Part shown: positions 1 through 13,506 of the stretch, piece by piece
Layout of the letters: the number at the start of each line of letters is the position of its first letter
Numbering within the stretch: position 1 is the first letter of the stretch
DNA from: Eledone cirrhosa
Taxonomy: Eukaryota
NCBI GenBank assembly: GCA_964016885.1
Contig: OZ024751.1
Coordinates: forward strand, 6,572,001 to 6,636,000
Reading direction: 5' to 3'
Length of the DNA: 64,000 nt
Notes under the pieces: generated by a model
Seen by the model: the letters and a program-made list of their open reading frames with translations, nothing else
The model's database searches: none
What the model was told of the DNA's origin: nothing
Made by a program: the position numbers and the translations under genes

Positions 1-75
1 TGTATATATACATATATTGTTAGTTCTATCGTTACTTTGGTATATTATTGTGGGTTAGATTTTGCCTACCACAAT

Positions 76-218
76 GTTCAATTTGTCAAGCTATTTAAAC
101 GAATGTTATTACTCTAAGGACCTAACTTATCGAGTGCTTTGCTAACTCATCATTTCATATAAGTAGGCCGAATTTGCTTGCAAACCGCCAGAGATTCGAT
201 TTTACTAAATTTTCAATT
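76..218 (+). repeat. 3' end fragment of TA-associated repeat family P (homologous to 52353-53590)
   Basis: Aligns by eye to the reverse complement of 53113-53250 (TGTTATTACTCTAAGG...TATYGAGTGCTT...GCCAGAG.TTCGATT); ends in (TA)n. Confidence 0.65.
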
Positions 219-250
219 ATATATATATATATATATTTAAAAGAATAGAG

Positions 251-321
<71 letters not shown>

Positions 322-354
322 AAAGAATAGAGCTATATATATATATATATATAT

Positions 355-612
355 ACTTGTGTATAATGGTAGCTATGGTGCTTCCATAGGCAGTAACCCA
401 AAATTAGCACTCGATATTCATCAGAGTAGAGTGTAGATAGTATACAGAAAATGAAAAATCAGTGATGCATCTTGACTCAATTTATTGCGTGTTACAATTA
501 TTTCGCCGGCAGGTAGCTCGAGACATGGTCCTTGTATGGATCTGGCTGATTCTACGGCTGCAGGTTCCTTCAGACACGGGTAGTTCGTTCGGAGCAAATT
601 GTATCACTCTTG
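355..612 (-). mobile_element. PLE/retrozyme-like terminal fragment, family B
   Basis: Homologous to 28670-28924; contains an HHR and the TATCGAGTGC motif; 3' end abuts (TA)n at 355. Confidence 0.75.
488..578 (-). ncRNA. Type I hammerhead ribozyme, long stem II (family B)
   Basis: Minus strand: CGTGT-CTGAAGGA-[61 nt, GCAG..GTAG/CTAC.CTGC helix]-GAAA-TAATTG-TA^ACACG. Stem I CGTGT/ACACG is perfect; the core has one extra nucleotide. Confidence 0.7.
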
Positions 613-664
613 TTTATATGTTTATATATATATATAGAGATATAAACATAGTGTCTGCATTTCT

Positions 665-791
665 GTTTCTATGCAAATACAAGAGCAATAATGGCGGGGT
701 CATTCTACTGACATGAATTAAAACGAGGCTGTTTACATAATTGAAAACGAATCGAATATTATTAATATTCGGGAAACTCAGATTACATTTA
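665..791. repeat. Dispersed TA-flanked repeat family I (also 10160-10282, 17445-17594)
   Basis: Three copies share CAAGAGCAA.AATG..GGG.TCATTCTACTGA.ATG...ACGAATCGAAT.TTATTAATATTCG..AA.T.AGATTACA. Confidence 0.75.
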
Positions 792-1906
792 TATATATAT
801 ATAAGTGTGTGTGTGTGTAAAGTGAAAGGGAGAGATAGAGAGAGAAAGAACCAGATATATTAATAGAGAGAGAGAAAAATTGACAGCTTAATTTCAGTTC
901 AGTTCGAATGTTTTATTTCAAATCGAACATCATATTGCATATATACTGCGCTTCATTGCGAGACGTTCAGGTACTGTGTATATCATCATTTAATTGGGAA
1001 TTATGTTTGCTGGGCTAAACTTACTCTACATTTTCTGTTTCTCTTTGTTAGGGAACTATTATTGAAGAATGTAGAAATCGGAATTAACCGTGCACTGAAT
1101 GTATAGAAATTATATCTGAATGATCGATTCATTCAAAATATACATGTTGTATTTAGATTAGGTAGTGCATCATGGATAAATACCCATATGTTACAGCCAA
1201 AGTCGGAAGACGAAGAATGAGCAATGCAATCACCCGACAAAAGAACCCAAGGAAAGAAATTTCTTTCAATATGTGGAATCATTTTCTACTATAAGAAAAC
1301 GGCCAATTCATAAAAGGTGAAATCAATTGAATCATTAAGTAAAATAAGTGTATGAACTCATCTACCTCAGAACTATTGATTACTAAAGTTGACATCTGAC
1401 TTTAACAAATGAAGTCAGCGTAAATATCAATACGGAAAAAGATATTGAAAATTCGCTTTCAAATGTAACGAGGATATTGAATGTAATATGGCAATGTAAA
1501 GAGAATTTATCCATGCATGCATATACTCTTCATTTAACTACATTCTTTGTGTTCTACGAAATATAAGGTTTAAATAAAGAAGAGCGAGATCCTAGCATAA
1601 CGTTTGATTTTACCGATTGAATGTTAACTGGAATTAACTGAGAATTACTCATTGTTTGAAGGAGAAATACCAAGCCAGGAAATAGAATTCTATGAACATA
1701 TGGAAATTCGAATATAACCCAATAAATAAACTTTCATATACATTTACACCATAAATATAAAAATTACTACATAGTATTCGAAGCAATATTACATATACAT
1801 ACACGACGTTCAGCTAACTATAGTTAATAGTTTAGAAAATCTGCCTGATGAAAAGTGTGTGTATGTGAGGTATGTGCGGGGATGTATGTGTGTATATGTG
1901 TTGATG

Positions 1907-1984
<78 letters not shown>

Positions 1985-2028
1985 AAGTTAAATAAAAGTC
2001 AAATGATTAAAATTTAGCTTCGTTTATT

Positions 2029-2083
2029 ACTGCTATATATATTTCGGTGACAGCCATCTTTGGCTGTGACCTCTTCAGGCAGT
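2029..2083 (-). ncRNA. Type I hammerhead ribozyme, intact core (family Q)
   Basis: Minus strand: ACTGC-CTGAAGA-GG TC ACAGCCA AAGA TGGCTGT CA CC-GAAA-TATATA-TA^GCAGT. Stem I is perfect and stem III palindromic; paralog at 35882-35937. Confidence 0.85.
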
Positions 2084-2168
2084 TTGAATTAGTATGGTAT
2101 AGACAAGTACATATGGTATACAACCAACATAAACTCAAAATCTCTATATATATATATATGTATATACA

Positions 2169-2251
<83 letters not shown>

Positions 2252-2399
2252 GTATATGTGTGTGGGATGGAGTGTGAGTGTTAATGGTGTGCAAGTGTTT
2301 ATGTATAATTTAAGAATGGTTTTCAAAAGAGGGATGGGAAGAAAGTACTGCTAAATATAGATTACATTAGTAGAGATGAAACATCACTTTCATATGGAA

Positions 2400-2700
2400 C
2401 TAACGTCTACAAGACTAGAACTGTTTAATTCGTTTGAAATCATCAGGAATTTGTGAATAGGTTGGATAAGTCTGGTATTTCTTGAGTCCTTTTCAGTAGA
2501 GAAAGGGTAGAACAGACCGGAGTAGATGCAAAAAGAGGGGGATGATGGAAAATAAGAAAAAAAGGTGGAAGAGGAAGAATTAAAATGTGAGGTAGAAGTG
2601 GTGGGGAATGTGGGTGATGGAATTTAAGAAATGTTTATTTCGGTCAGAATTTTGTGCTAGATGGTCTGATGGTAAGAACGTGCAAACGGAAAATATATGC
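2400..2700 (-). mobile_element. PLE-like 3' fragment, family C, with decayed HHR-like motif (about 2412-2450)
   Basis: Minus strand CTGATGA-TTTC AAAC GAAT-TAAA-CAGTTCTAGTC, matching family C copies at 13343, 19645 and 52087. Confidence 0.55.
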
Positions 2701-2721
2701 ATATATATATATATATATATA

Positions 2722-3005
2722 TGCAGAGGTTATATTTGATTTGTTGGGATTCAACAAGCTTAAACATGTTTATAACTGATATAAAGCACTCAACAAGTTA
2801 GTGGAGTAAATACACAATATGTTAATAAATGGAAACTATATTTATAAAACCATATTTATTTTATTATACATATTTCAAGGGCAAATAAAACAAATCTGTA
2901 TTTTATCCGATGAAAGCGCACCATAATTTGCCTTGGTTGCCCTTGAAATATGTATAATAAAATAAATATGGTTTTATAAATATAGTTTCCTTTTATTAAT
3001 ATATC
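2722..3005. mobile_element. Fold-back TA-flanked element, family H
   Basis: Arms about 2817-2884 and 2937-3004 are reverse complements. The spacer carries a degenerate C(C/T)GATGA...ACC.AAA motif. Other copies at 27672-27800 and 30951-31389. Confidence 0.7.
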
Positions 3006-3109
<104 letters not shown>

Positions 3110-4065
3110 CACCCACAAACACCTAATAAAAGTTCACAAAATGTTACGATTAATACCCGGCACACACTAGTAAATACAATAATCTGTGTTTGATTCTAAT
3201 ACACATCATGATAGACCATATAAGTAAGGGTATTTCCTTGTGACTTGGCAATACAGTTTAATTAATAAATGATTCACAATATCATTAGTAGGAGTTATTT
3301 CTTGCATTAAAAAAGCAAACAGATATTTAACCCAAAGTGCTATCGCCCTAGCAATGAACGAGATTTCACATTAATACCGTTGGTCATGTATATTTAGAGT
3401 TTTCTAAAAGATAGCGTCTCATCTATCTGCACAATGTGAAATCTAGCATACACGAAGCGTTTGAAACCGGAGGTAGCAACTTTTATATGTTGCAGACAAT
3501 AACCATGAGATATATATATTCTTTGAGGATTCATTGAGTAACAATGTAATGTGAGGGAGTGATTAGAGAAGTTAATATCTCTAAACAGCACTACTAGAAT
3601 ATGTGACGTAACTTTATTGATGAAACACATGTTAGCATGTATAATTAAATAGCTTTTAATAATCACGCCTTGTCTGTTTTTCCTAACATATTGACGCACG
3701 AACAGTCTGACGTTACCATCACATTTTCACCTTTTTCTGAGCCTCAGGCTTATTATATAAGTGTGTATTCTGCTGTATTGTATAAGTTATTTTCCTTTCG
3801 CAATATTCCTTGTTTAATTTGCATAAACACTTGAGAAACGGCTTCCAAATGGGAATTCCATTATTTTCTGCATCAGTGAAAAATCTATTATTAAATCTTG
3901 GATGTTTTACGTGTTATTTCAAGAGAAATATGTCAACATGTATTAATGTTGCCATTCTCTTTGATAAATAATTATAGTAATTAACAAGCCAAAGTCTTTC
4001 ACAATATGTATGGCATATATATATATATATTGTATATAGGATACATGAACATACATGCATACATA

Positions 4066-4114
<49 letters not shown>

Positions 4115-4177
4115 TAATACGTATATACATACTTGCATACGTACATACACACACATATACACACATACCCCCATATA

Positions 4178-4214
<37 letters not shown>

Positions 4215-4247
4215 GTGTGTGTATATATATACATATATATATATATT

Positions 4248-4282
<35 letters not shown>

Positions 4283-5360
4283 TGAGAGAGAGAGAGAGAG
4301 AGAGAGACACGTTTGCATGTGTGTTGGAGTGTCTATGTTTGTGTGTTTTTGAGAATTACACGTGAGTACGCACGAGTTGCGTTATTGTACACGTGAGCCT
4401 ACCTCTTTACCCAGAAAATTCTTAACAATTTCGATGCAAAATGTCGCATTGTTATTGAATGTGAGATTACGTAGACTAATTTTAATATACTGATACGGAA
4501 TTAACGTCGAGAGTATCAAATATATCTCCTTGTGATATATTTTCATAAATGTATTGCAACACCCTTGTGTATTACCCTTGTGCTTTTTATCGTCTCTTTC
4601 ATATACGTTATACTGTTGGATATTATTAGGTAATCGCGTTTATTGTCACAGTGCCAAGTTCAACTTTAAATTTCATTTATCGTAGGACGTTTTATGTACT
4701 AACGTCGTCTCAATCGATTACAGTCACTCTCAAAATATGTGGCTTCTCTGATGGTGCATACATAGTTCTTCCGCATAACATAATGTTACTTTTAAGTGTG
4801 GTAGCAAAGAACAGAAATTACCTTCAGACAATAAACAAGAGAAATAGCCACTTCATTCACAAACGTTGCCACCTAACGAAATATTCATTTGGGACTGGAT
4901 ATCATATATTAATATCATATTACGCACAGAAACTGTCTGATAAAATCATAATTCTAAAATAAATTATTTAATATGTTGATTCAAAATTGATGTGATGTTA
5001 TCCTAGACAAGATATGTTTGTATAATTCTTCCCTTATTTTAACTTAGATAAAAATGCCTGGAGAGCTATTTTAGTCTGCTCTACTTTTCTATAACAGTTT
5101 ACAGAAAGTATAGATTTTCAGCTTATTTTCTTCTTATTCTCATTTATCATGCATGCATCAATTCTCTTGATAGCAAATGATAAATGGACAACTCATGTGA
5201 GTCGACAGTTAAAGAAATGTTTTTATTCGTATTCATTTTATCTACTCCAGTAATTCAAATTTTATTATATAGTTTTTAACCTTTTTTATCGATATTTATA
5301 TATATACGTTGATGAATACAATTTTTTACATTTTCCTCATACCTCTATATATATCTATCA

Positions 5361-5396
<36 letters not shown>

Positions 5397-5729
5397 TCAT
5401 ATATTTACATATATAAGTCGATCCTAATTTATATAGCCGTTTTCTAAAACATTTCACTGATTTAAAAAACTAATTTTCTACTTAATAAAATTTATTTTCC
5501 CATAATTGGTGGATAAGTATTTTTTTTTACATTTGTGGTTATGATAAATGTGTACTATTTGGACTACGTCGATGTGCACAAATTGTTCATTTCAAATTAA
5601 TTTTATACAGTCATCATCTTTAAATGCTCTATTATTTCACGTCGTTTAATAATTTTACGCCTACCCACACCATATAACGTCCATATATATGTGATAATGT
5701 AGCGTTTCAGTTTTATATTTGGTAGCGTC

Positions 5730-5778
5730 TAAACCCATGCTAGCGTAGGAGATAGACGTTAAACGATGATGATGATGA
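5730..5778 (+). mobile_element. SINE/LINE 3' tail remnant with (GAT)n
   Basis: AACCCATGCTAGC..GGAGA..GACGTTAAACGATGATGATGAT resembles, from recall, L2/CORE-SINE 3' tails in cephalopods. Confidence 0.4.
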
Positions 5779-5981
5779 ATGAGGGGAACAGGGAGCTTTC
5801 ACCTCAATGTAAGTTAGTAACTTTGATTCTTTCTTATATATATATAACGAAATAGAGATAGAATGAGAGAGATATGTAAAACCACGAACGCAGTACCAAG
5901 TGTAATCGGCATCTTCCTATGATTAGTGGCCTTCATGGTCTTAGCAGATCAGGCTCCCCCCCATCTCTCTCTCTCTCTCTC

Positions 5982-6150
5982 TGCTACATTAAGTGTGGCC
6001 GGAACTCGAGTTCGGGAACAATTGAAGGTACCCGTTTACGTGTGTTATATTGAAGCGAATAACTATGTGTGGGTTTATTTAACATTACCTTTTGAGTATG
6101 CTGAGATGCAACCGGTCCTAGCAGTGATACCCATGCTAGTTCCGTTAATT
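5982..6150 (+). mobile_element. 5'-truncated copy of family D
   Basis: Direct repeat of 6774-6951; begins inside HHR stem II, with GAAA mutated to GGAA. Confidence 0.75.
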
Positions 6151-6559
6151 TATTATTATTTTCTCTCAACTTGAAAGTAAGTGAACAATTTTTCACATTT
6201 TTTATTGTTTTTTGTTTTAATACACACTATGATTCCTGTTATATATATTTTCTCCCACTCACCTATTAAATCGTACAAGTTTTGAAATAGACCGGTTTAC
6301 GCACCTGGTTGGTCGAAATATTTAGAATAGAAGTTAGACTCTAACTTACGCCCGGCACTATATCGCTGTATAACCGCCGGTAGGCATTTAATGTCCGTAA
6401 AGGTTTTAGGCACTACAACTGTTACTATCGCACAATTTCTCACCATAGGACTTGGAGACTAGAGCCAAATGCTACCATTCTATTATACAGTGATTGGAGA
6501 CTGAATTTCTGGGAGCGAGCAGAACTATTTGAATTTCGTCTCCTGTCATCACGTAAATT

Positions 6560-6951
6560 TATAAATCGGTAGCCAATCAGGAGACAGCATTGTGACGCGG
6601 AGAGATTCCAGTTACCAACATTTTACTGTGTTGGCCGTCACATACAGTCATAGCCGGCATGGAGTGGAGTCGAATTCTGTTATTGATTATGCGAAGCCCG
6701 CTGAGGAAGCGACATGCTCCGAATGTACATTGTTGCATAATATATGCGGACAGAGGGTGTAGTGCCCTCTGCTGCTGCATTAAGTGTGGCCGAAACTCGA
6801 GTTCGGGAACAATTGAAGGTACCCATTTATGTGTGTTGTATTGAAGCGAATAACTATGTGTATACTCTGGGAGTTTATTTAATATTACCTATTGAGTACG
6901 CAGAAATGTAACCCGTCCTAGCAGTGAAACCCCTGCTAGTTTCGTCAACTT
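6560..6951 (+). mobile_element. PLE/retrozyme-like element, family D (5' boundary uncertain)
   Basis: HHR at 6697-6807, TATTGAGTAC at 6890-6899, 3' end in (TA)n. Confidence 0.7.
6697..6807 (+). ncRNA. Type I hammerhead ribozyme with 84-nt stem II (family D)
   Basis: CCCG-CTGAGGA-[AGCGACAT...CAGAGGG TGTAGTG CCCTCTG...GTGTGGCC]-GAAA-CTCGAG-TT^CGGG. Stem I is CCCG/CGGG; stem III is the palindrome ACTCGAGT. Confidence 0.75.
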
Positions 6952-6959
6952 ATATATAT

Positions 6960-7088
6960 ATAGCTAGAACACTGGCAGTTAATATCGGTAGTGGTAGAGC
7001 ACTCAGTCCGTGGGACGAGTTTGGTACAAGTAATAACACATCAGTTAGTTCACTATACCGAGAACAATTGTTTCACCTTGTGCGGATC
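6960..7088 (-). mobile_element. Solo pLTR fragment related to the Naiad-type PLE at 32278-34190
   Basis: Aligns to 33540-33670; keeps the HHR 3' half TCC..GGT-GAAA-CAATTG-TT^CTCGGT and is truncated in the core; 3' end in (TA)n. Confidence 0.75.
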
Positions 7089-7098
7089 TATGCAGGGT

Positions 7099-7287
7099 GG
7101 ATTGGCAGTATCGGTAGAGGGTCGGGCACAATGCTTTGAAGCATAGAGTTGCCTCCCTTTATGATCTGAGTTCAAATCCCGTCGAGGTTAACTTTGCCTT
7201 TCATCCTTACGGGGGTCGATAAAATAAAGTACCAATAATGCACTGGGATAATTGCTGGCCTTGTGCCAAAAGTAAAACAATTATTAT
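7099..7287 (+). mobile_element. tRNA-derived SINE (octopus OK-like), full length
   Basis: A box TGGCAGTATCGG, B box GAGTTCAAATCC, body GCCTTTCATCCTTACGGGG.TCGATAAAATAAAGTACC, (TTA) tail; nine copies in the window. Confidence 0.85.
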
Positions 7288-7391
7288 GCGGAGTATTAGT
7301 AATTGGAAAGACCAATGGAAACAGTTTCCTCGGTCCGATTTAACAAGCTCCACCCATTCGTTAGTGGAATGCGGTCTGGTAACGTCCAATC

Positions 7392-7650
<259 letters not shown>

Positions 7651-8159
7651 TATATATATACCATATGGATGTGATTCAAAATTCGTGTGCCAAATCAAAT
7701 TCAGTATTCAAAATTTAGAAGATATATACTTCTATAGTAGTACACAGCTATAGTGTTTATAAAATCCCTACGCAATACTTCAATGTTGCATTACTTAATA
7801 TAATTCACATTACTTCGAACGTTGTAATGACCTTTGTTATGTTGTTATGTTATTCGTAGACATATGATAGGAAAATCAATTTGCCATTGTGAAAACTGAT
7901 TAATAATCTCTAGCCTCGGGATGTAATATATTCACAAGTAAACAAACGTTATTACTCATAATCGCTTTCTAATTGGGAAATCACAAATGTATGTTTAATT
8001 ACTGATTTAATTTTATTTAATTTTATTCGAGATGACCACTACTTAGGCATGTAACTAGTCACACCCATACATACACAAAACCCCTGTGTCACACACACAT
8101 TTATTAATGTATGTATTTATATGTCTAGCTATCTCTCTTTCTATACATACACACACTAG

Positions 8160-8220
<61 letters not shown>

Positions 8221-8223
<3 letters not shown>

Positions 8224-8362
8224 AGATAGAAAAATGCGTACAGCAAAAAAAAGTAATATTGTTGGAATATAAACCTTTAAAAATACAGGACAAGAAACTA
8301 AAATAAAACTTTATATTCCACCAATATTACTTTTTTTTGCTGTACGCATTTTTCTATCTGGT
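8221..8362. repeat. Inverted repeat with about 53-bp arms
   Basis: 8221-8273 (ACCAGATAGAAAAATGCGTACAGC...) is the near-perfect reverse complement of 8310-8362; the left end abuts (TA)n. Confidence 0.9.
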
Positions 8363-8639
8363 CTACTATTTCTTAAGGCAATGCAAGCAGCAACTATCTA
8401 ATAATTAAATGATCATAGTGAATTACTGACAAGTGATTGACATTTTAAAGTTCTTTTGAGTATAATTGCAATCTAGTTGAGGCAACTGGCTTAATGACAA
8501 AGCTAGTAAATCATGAATGCATTTGAGATGATTAGTGCATAATAGTGAATTGGTGAAACTTGTGCATTTCAATGGTGTTACAACAATAGATGTAAGTTAT
8601 ATAGTAGTAATACTTTATCATTTTAACTTTTTAGAATGG

Positions 8640-9040
8640 ACAAAAACCCATGCAAAGAAATGACTTTGACTGCAGTGATTCTCTCCAATTTACTTACAAA
8701 GCAAAACGTGGTCAAATACCTTATCATCTCTGATAAAATGCCCATTGAATCACTGAAAATCGGATGCATGGAATTCGTCATACAATGCACCTATTAATCG
8801 GAAGCCATCACATATATCAATGGATATAGGGAGTTGTTCACACTGGAAGACCATCACTTCATTTGTGACTTCATCAGTTATCTCCACGATTATCTCAGAC
8901 CCCCAATTGCATTGATGAGAGGTGATCCAATGTGTGAGCATGTAACTAATCTTATAGAAGTTGTTATCGACCACCTGGCTTTTAGTGACATTTGACTTAT
9001 TTGACTGATAATGATGTATTTTTAAAAAGTATGTGTACAT
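8640..9040 (-). pseudogene. Possible highly decayed hAT (Buster/Charlie-like) transposase remnant
   Basis: Weak peptide resemblance only (EITDEVT...; HFIRDDKVFDHVLLCK followed by shifted LERITA), with stops and frameshifts. Confidence 0.25.
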
Positions 9041-9630
9041 TCTTGTTACTATTTTAAGGCAATGCAAGCAACAACTATTTAATAAAATTTAAATTTAAAA
9101 ATGACCATTGTGCATTACTAGTTTAATGACATTTTATTAAGTCACAAAATTAGTCAGTCAGCCATAGAACAAGGATCAGGTGGCAAAAACATTGGCAAAA
9201 ATTTGTGTCAATTTAAGATTTCCAACATTGTTCAAATGAATCATATCTGGTTTGAAGTCAGATTTGTCAAATTTTGACCACTTTTCAATGTTGTGAAGAT
9301 TGGGCAAGTTCAATTTTTGAATCATTTCTTTCATGCAGTAATTAAACTACTTTTCCAAACGTCGTCATTTCTGGATTACCTCCCCTAGCGTCACGCTTAC
9401 TACTTACTCACTTGAACACAAGATTTATCAGCAAACTTTGATTATAAACTTTTTCCCGCTGGACCAAATTTCTAGATTTTTAAGCCAAAAGATGCGTAAT
9501 GATCTGTTCATGCTCATATAAGTTTTATCTCAGTTAAATAAAGTAGAGCCGCGCTGTACTGTCGTAAACAGACGATTGCCAACGAAAACACGACCACAAC
9601 GATATTACTAAACGGACTACCGACCGTTTA

Positions 9631-9660
<30 letters not shown>

Positions 9661-9665
<5 letters not shown>

Positions 9666-9851
9666 TGGAAGTAGAAGATCTACCGCGAACTCGACGATTT
9701 CGGCTAGCTACCTCTTCTGGGTATTTAGACGAAACCAGCAGGTCAGCAGTAGATAATCTACTTCCACTAATAGACCCACTCTGCATCTTACCATGTATCG
9801 AGTACTTTATTTATTTGTGGCTTTCTGGGTCCCAATACCGAAGACTATCAA
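9661..9851. mobile_element. Fold-back element, family E, with HHR 3' half
   Basis: ATTAGTGGAAGTAGA (9661) is inverted to TCTACTTCCACTAAT (9757). The plus strand has GAC-GAAA-CCAGCAG-GTC^AGCAG without the CUGA half; TATCGAGTAC at 9796; TA on both sides. Confidence 0.65.
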
Positions 9852-10808
9852 TATATGTATATATATATTATGCATGATCGATATCAAACGTTTCGTCTCG
9901 AGATGCAAGCGCCTGATGGTAGTGCACCATTTTATGGTAAAACAATATTATAATGTTACAGAAAAGGAAAGCAAATCTAAAGCTTCGATTCACGTCGTCG
10001 GGTTTGATGAATGTGTGGCTCTTTTATGTATGAGTCGTGGTACCTCTCATTGCATGACCATATATCAATAACGCATTATCTGCGTGTGAAGATGTTTGAA
10101 ATCAACATACATCATATACGCATCTCCGTTTTTTTTTGTGAGTCCATATATATATATACATTTACAAGAGCAAGAATGAAGGGTTCATTCTACTGATATG
10201 GCAATAAAATTGATGCTTGTTTGCATAATTACAAACGAATCGAATGATATTATTAATATTCGAAAAACTAAGATTACATTTATATATATATGTATATATA
10301 TAGAGTTTTGCGAGTTTTTGATATGAAATCGTGTGTCGAAACAAATATTGTTATACTGGGGGAGGGTCATATTTGTGTAATAATATTGCCAGAATTAATA
10401 ACAGAACACACTCACTGTTTGGTTGGTTTTCGCTTCTGTGTCTTTTATATCGGTTAATTTAATTTATTCGGTCCTCAATGTTGTCATTGACTGACCAACG
10501 GTCAAAAATACAGATACAATATAGACACAAACACATATATAGTCTATCAAAGTTATGTCGTTGCACATCCTCAACATCGTCATTGGTGCTATTATGTTTC
10601 CTCCCGTTGCATTGTATGCTTACGCCATCTTTATTTAGTCCGTTTATTTATTTATTTGTTTTTTTTTTTTGTTTTCTCTGCGCATGCGTTTGCGTGTGTG
10701 TATAGTGTTTTGTTTGATGTGTGTTCTTGTTTGGGAGACTGTGTATTGGTTAATGTATTCTATCTTAGCTTACTAGTGTGTGTTTATATGTGTTTGTTGT
10801 GTATGTAT

Positions 10809-10836
<28 letters not shown>

Positions 10837-10839
<3 letters not shown>

Positions 10840-11975
10840 TACTTCTCTCAGGTTACTGTGGTTTGTTTGGGTGTTGTTGTTATTCCATTCATTTTTTCTG
10901 TTTAGCCTTGGCCTTCTAAATTCTATTTCGCTGGCCTCTCTAATTTGCCTATATGCTGGGTCATTTCTATGTTTAGATATTATTCTAATTTCTGTGTTGT
11001 CCATGTTACTGTCGTGTTGTTGTCTTGCATGTTCGTATAGTACTGAACCGTTTTTTCGTCCTTTTAGTTCCCCCCAGTGTTGATCCATCCTTTCACCTAT
11101 GCTACGAGCTGTCTCGCCTATGTATGTTGTTGTCATGTGTCTGCAAGTACCCTCTGTACATCTTATGCTATAGACTACGTTTCTAGTTTTACAGTTTATC
11201 CGGGGGTTACTCTACATATGATACATTTCCTATTAGTATAGGGGGTTTTATTAAAAGGGTAGGTTTTTGATGATCAGGGATTTTATGGTGGTTCCTGGCT
11301 TTTCTACCACCTTAATCTTTAAGTGGGTCTTTCTCAGGGCCTTTCTACACTGGTTAGCTAATTTCTTTCCAGGGGTAGCGTCCACAAACATGACACTCTC
11401 GTATCTCTGTTTGTCGTAACATGAGGTGGCTTTCCCTATCTTATGTCTAGTCCTATCTAAGCTATTCCATGATTTGCTCCTGTATAATGGGCAAATTCCT
11501 TTCATGTCCAGTTCTATGAGGGTCTTATACTTCTCTGGAGTTCCTTCGTATACTCTGATTCTGTCTCTTTGGTCGTAGCCAGAGAGCTGCATGCAGTTGA
11601 TGAAGTGTTTGATGTGTCTTTCCATTTCTGTTGGGTTGCACACGCGGGACAAATTCTTCATTACTCGTACCAAATCTGCGATCAGAATATTAAACTTAGC
11701 ACTACTGGGCATTGCTGAGTTTTTGAGTATCAGGTATTTGGAGGCCATGGGTTTAGCATAGTGTGAGTGGAGTATTTGGGCTCTCTCGTCTATAGTGTTA
11801 ATGCAGAGTTCCGTGTCTAATACAGGTAGTCTATTGTTAGCGAGTTTGGAAGGGTAGTCGATAGTTACAGCTATACTCTGGTGTATGGAATTAGCTATCT
11901 GCTGGATGCTTTCCATTGTGTTACCTTCTAAATTAAACTTGTTACTGCTCTCTTGTGGGGATGTCCTTATTACTA
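10837..11975 (-). pseudogene. PLE RT C-terminal half plus GIY-YIG endonuclease (frameshifted)
   Basis: DYPSKLANNRLPVLDTEL, HYAKPM; then NCKTRNVVYSIRC...TYIGETARSIGERMDQH...RQIREASEI...PRLNRKNEW. Confidence 0.9.
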
Positions 11976-12461
11976 GGGGAACTAAAAGGGCGAAAAAAAA
12001 CGGTTCTGTACTATACGAACATGCTAGACAACAACACAACGGTAACATAGACAACATAGAAGTTAGAATAATATCTAAACATAGAAATGACCCAGCAGAT
12101 AGGCAAATCAGAGAGGCCAGCGAAATAGAACTTAGAAGGCCAAGGCTAAACAGAAAAATGAATGGAATATCAACAACACTCAAACAAACAACACTGACCT
12201 AAGAGAAGTATAAATAAATAAATAAATAAATAAATAAATACATACGCAACAAACACATATAAACACACACTAGTAAACTAAGATAGAATACATTAACCAA
12301 TACACAGTTACCCAAACAAGAACACACATCAAACAAAACACTATACACACACGCAAACGCATGCGCAGAGAAAACAAAAAAATAAACAAATAAATAAATA
12401 AATAAACAGACTAAATAAAGATGGCGTAAGCATACAATGCAACGGGAGGAAACATAATAGC

Positions 12462-12503
12462 ACCACTGACGATGTTGAAGATGCGCAACGAAAGAACTTT
12501 GAT
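12462..12503 (+). ncRNA. Minimal type I hammerhead ribozyme (family A1)
   Basis: ACCA-CTGACGA-T GTTG AAGATGCG CAAC-GAAA-GAAC-TT^TGAT; stem I is imperfect. The mirror copy at about 10545-10587 has core mutations. Confidence 0.65.
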
Positions 12504-12698
12504 AGACTATATATATGTGTTTGTGTCTATATTGTATCTGTATTTTTGACAGTTGGTCAGTCAATGGCAACATTGAGGACCGAATAAATTAAATTAACCG
12601 ATATAAAAGACACAGAAGCGAAAACCAACCAAACAGTGAGTGTGTTCTGTTATTAATTCTGGCAATACTATTACACAACTATGACCCTCCCCAAGTAT

Positions 12699-12760
<62 letters not shown>

Positions 12761-13002
12761 GTATTCTGAGTTTTTAATCGGGTAAAATTTTCAATCATAT
12801 TTTATTATTTGTTTGACCCGAATAGCTTGCTCGCTTCTATGGCTATGCGGTTAATGGTTTAACCATCGTCTCAGTGTGTTTGGCCTTTTAACGTATGTTT
12901 ATTGATCTAGTTCTCTCATTTCTATTGAGCGCTTACCATACATTTCGGAAGTTGTTTTTCGTTAATTTCCAATAGCCGAAATGTGATTCTCGCTAATTTA
13001 TA

Positions 13003-13034
<32 letters not shown>

Positions 13035-13049
13035 CATATATATATATAT

Positions 13050-13215
13050 CCCGAATTAAATCGGTGGTAACCACATTATATAAGGTACTCAATATATTTG
13101 TTGAGAGAAAATATCAATTTAATATAGGCTTCTACAGGACTAGAGCTGTTTCATTCGCATGAGAACGTATAGGAATTGCGGATGATTTCATAAGAATGAA
13201 ACAGTTCTAGTCCAG
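13050..13215. mobile_element. Decayed fold-back of family C
   Basis: GGACTAGAGCTGTTTCATTC (13137) is inverted to GAATGAAACAGTTCTAGTCC (13194); motif GTACTCAATA at 13085. Confidence 0.7.
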
Positions 13216-13342
13216 CATAATCAATGTCTATATTAATGACACACACACATACACACATACACATACACACACGTATACACACACACGCACATACTCACAC
13301 ACACACACACACATACCCCCCCCCCCCACATATATATATATA

Positions 13343-13506
<164 letters not shown>

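Larger units (their letters stand above)
10345..12705 (-). mobile_element. Penelope-like retroelement (family A1), 5'-truncated, with tail-out inverted 3' copy
   Basis: Minus-strand RT thumb, GIY-YIG and 3' UTR (11975->10345); 11976-12705 is an inverted copy of about 10345-11075. The terminus ATGACCCTCCCC.AGTATAACAATA is followed by (TA)n on the right. Confidence 0.92.

Noticed and set aside
235-335. TTTAAAAGAATAGAGC repeated twice between TA tracts
   Set aside because: Most simply a slippage duplication within the microsatellite; too short to classify.
6281-6331. GACC..GGTC-GAAA as an HHR
   Set aside because: No convincing CUGANGA, UH site or stem I.
7099-7287. tRNA genes suggested by A/B boxes
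   Set aside because: No cloverleaf; the boxes are part of a multi-copy SINE.
9881-10008. Minus-strand ATCAAAC-CCGACGA...GAAAC-GTTTGAT as a long-stem II HHR
   Set aside because: The stem I register leaves no room for stem III-UH, the core is mutated, and there is only one copy.
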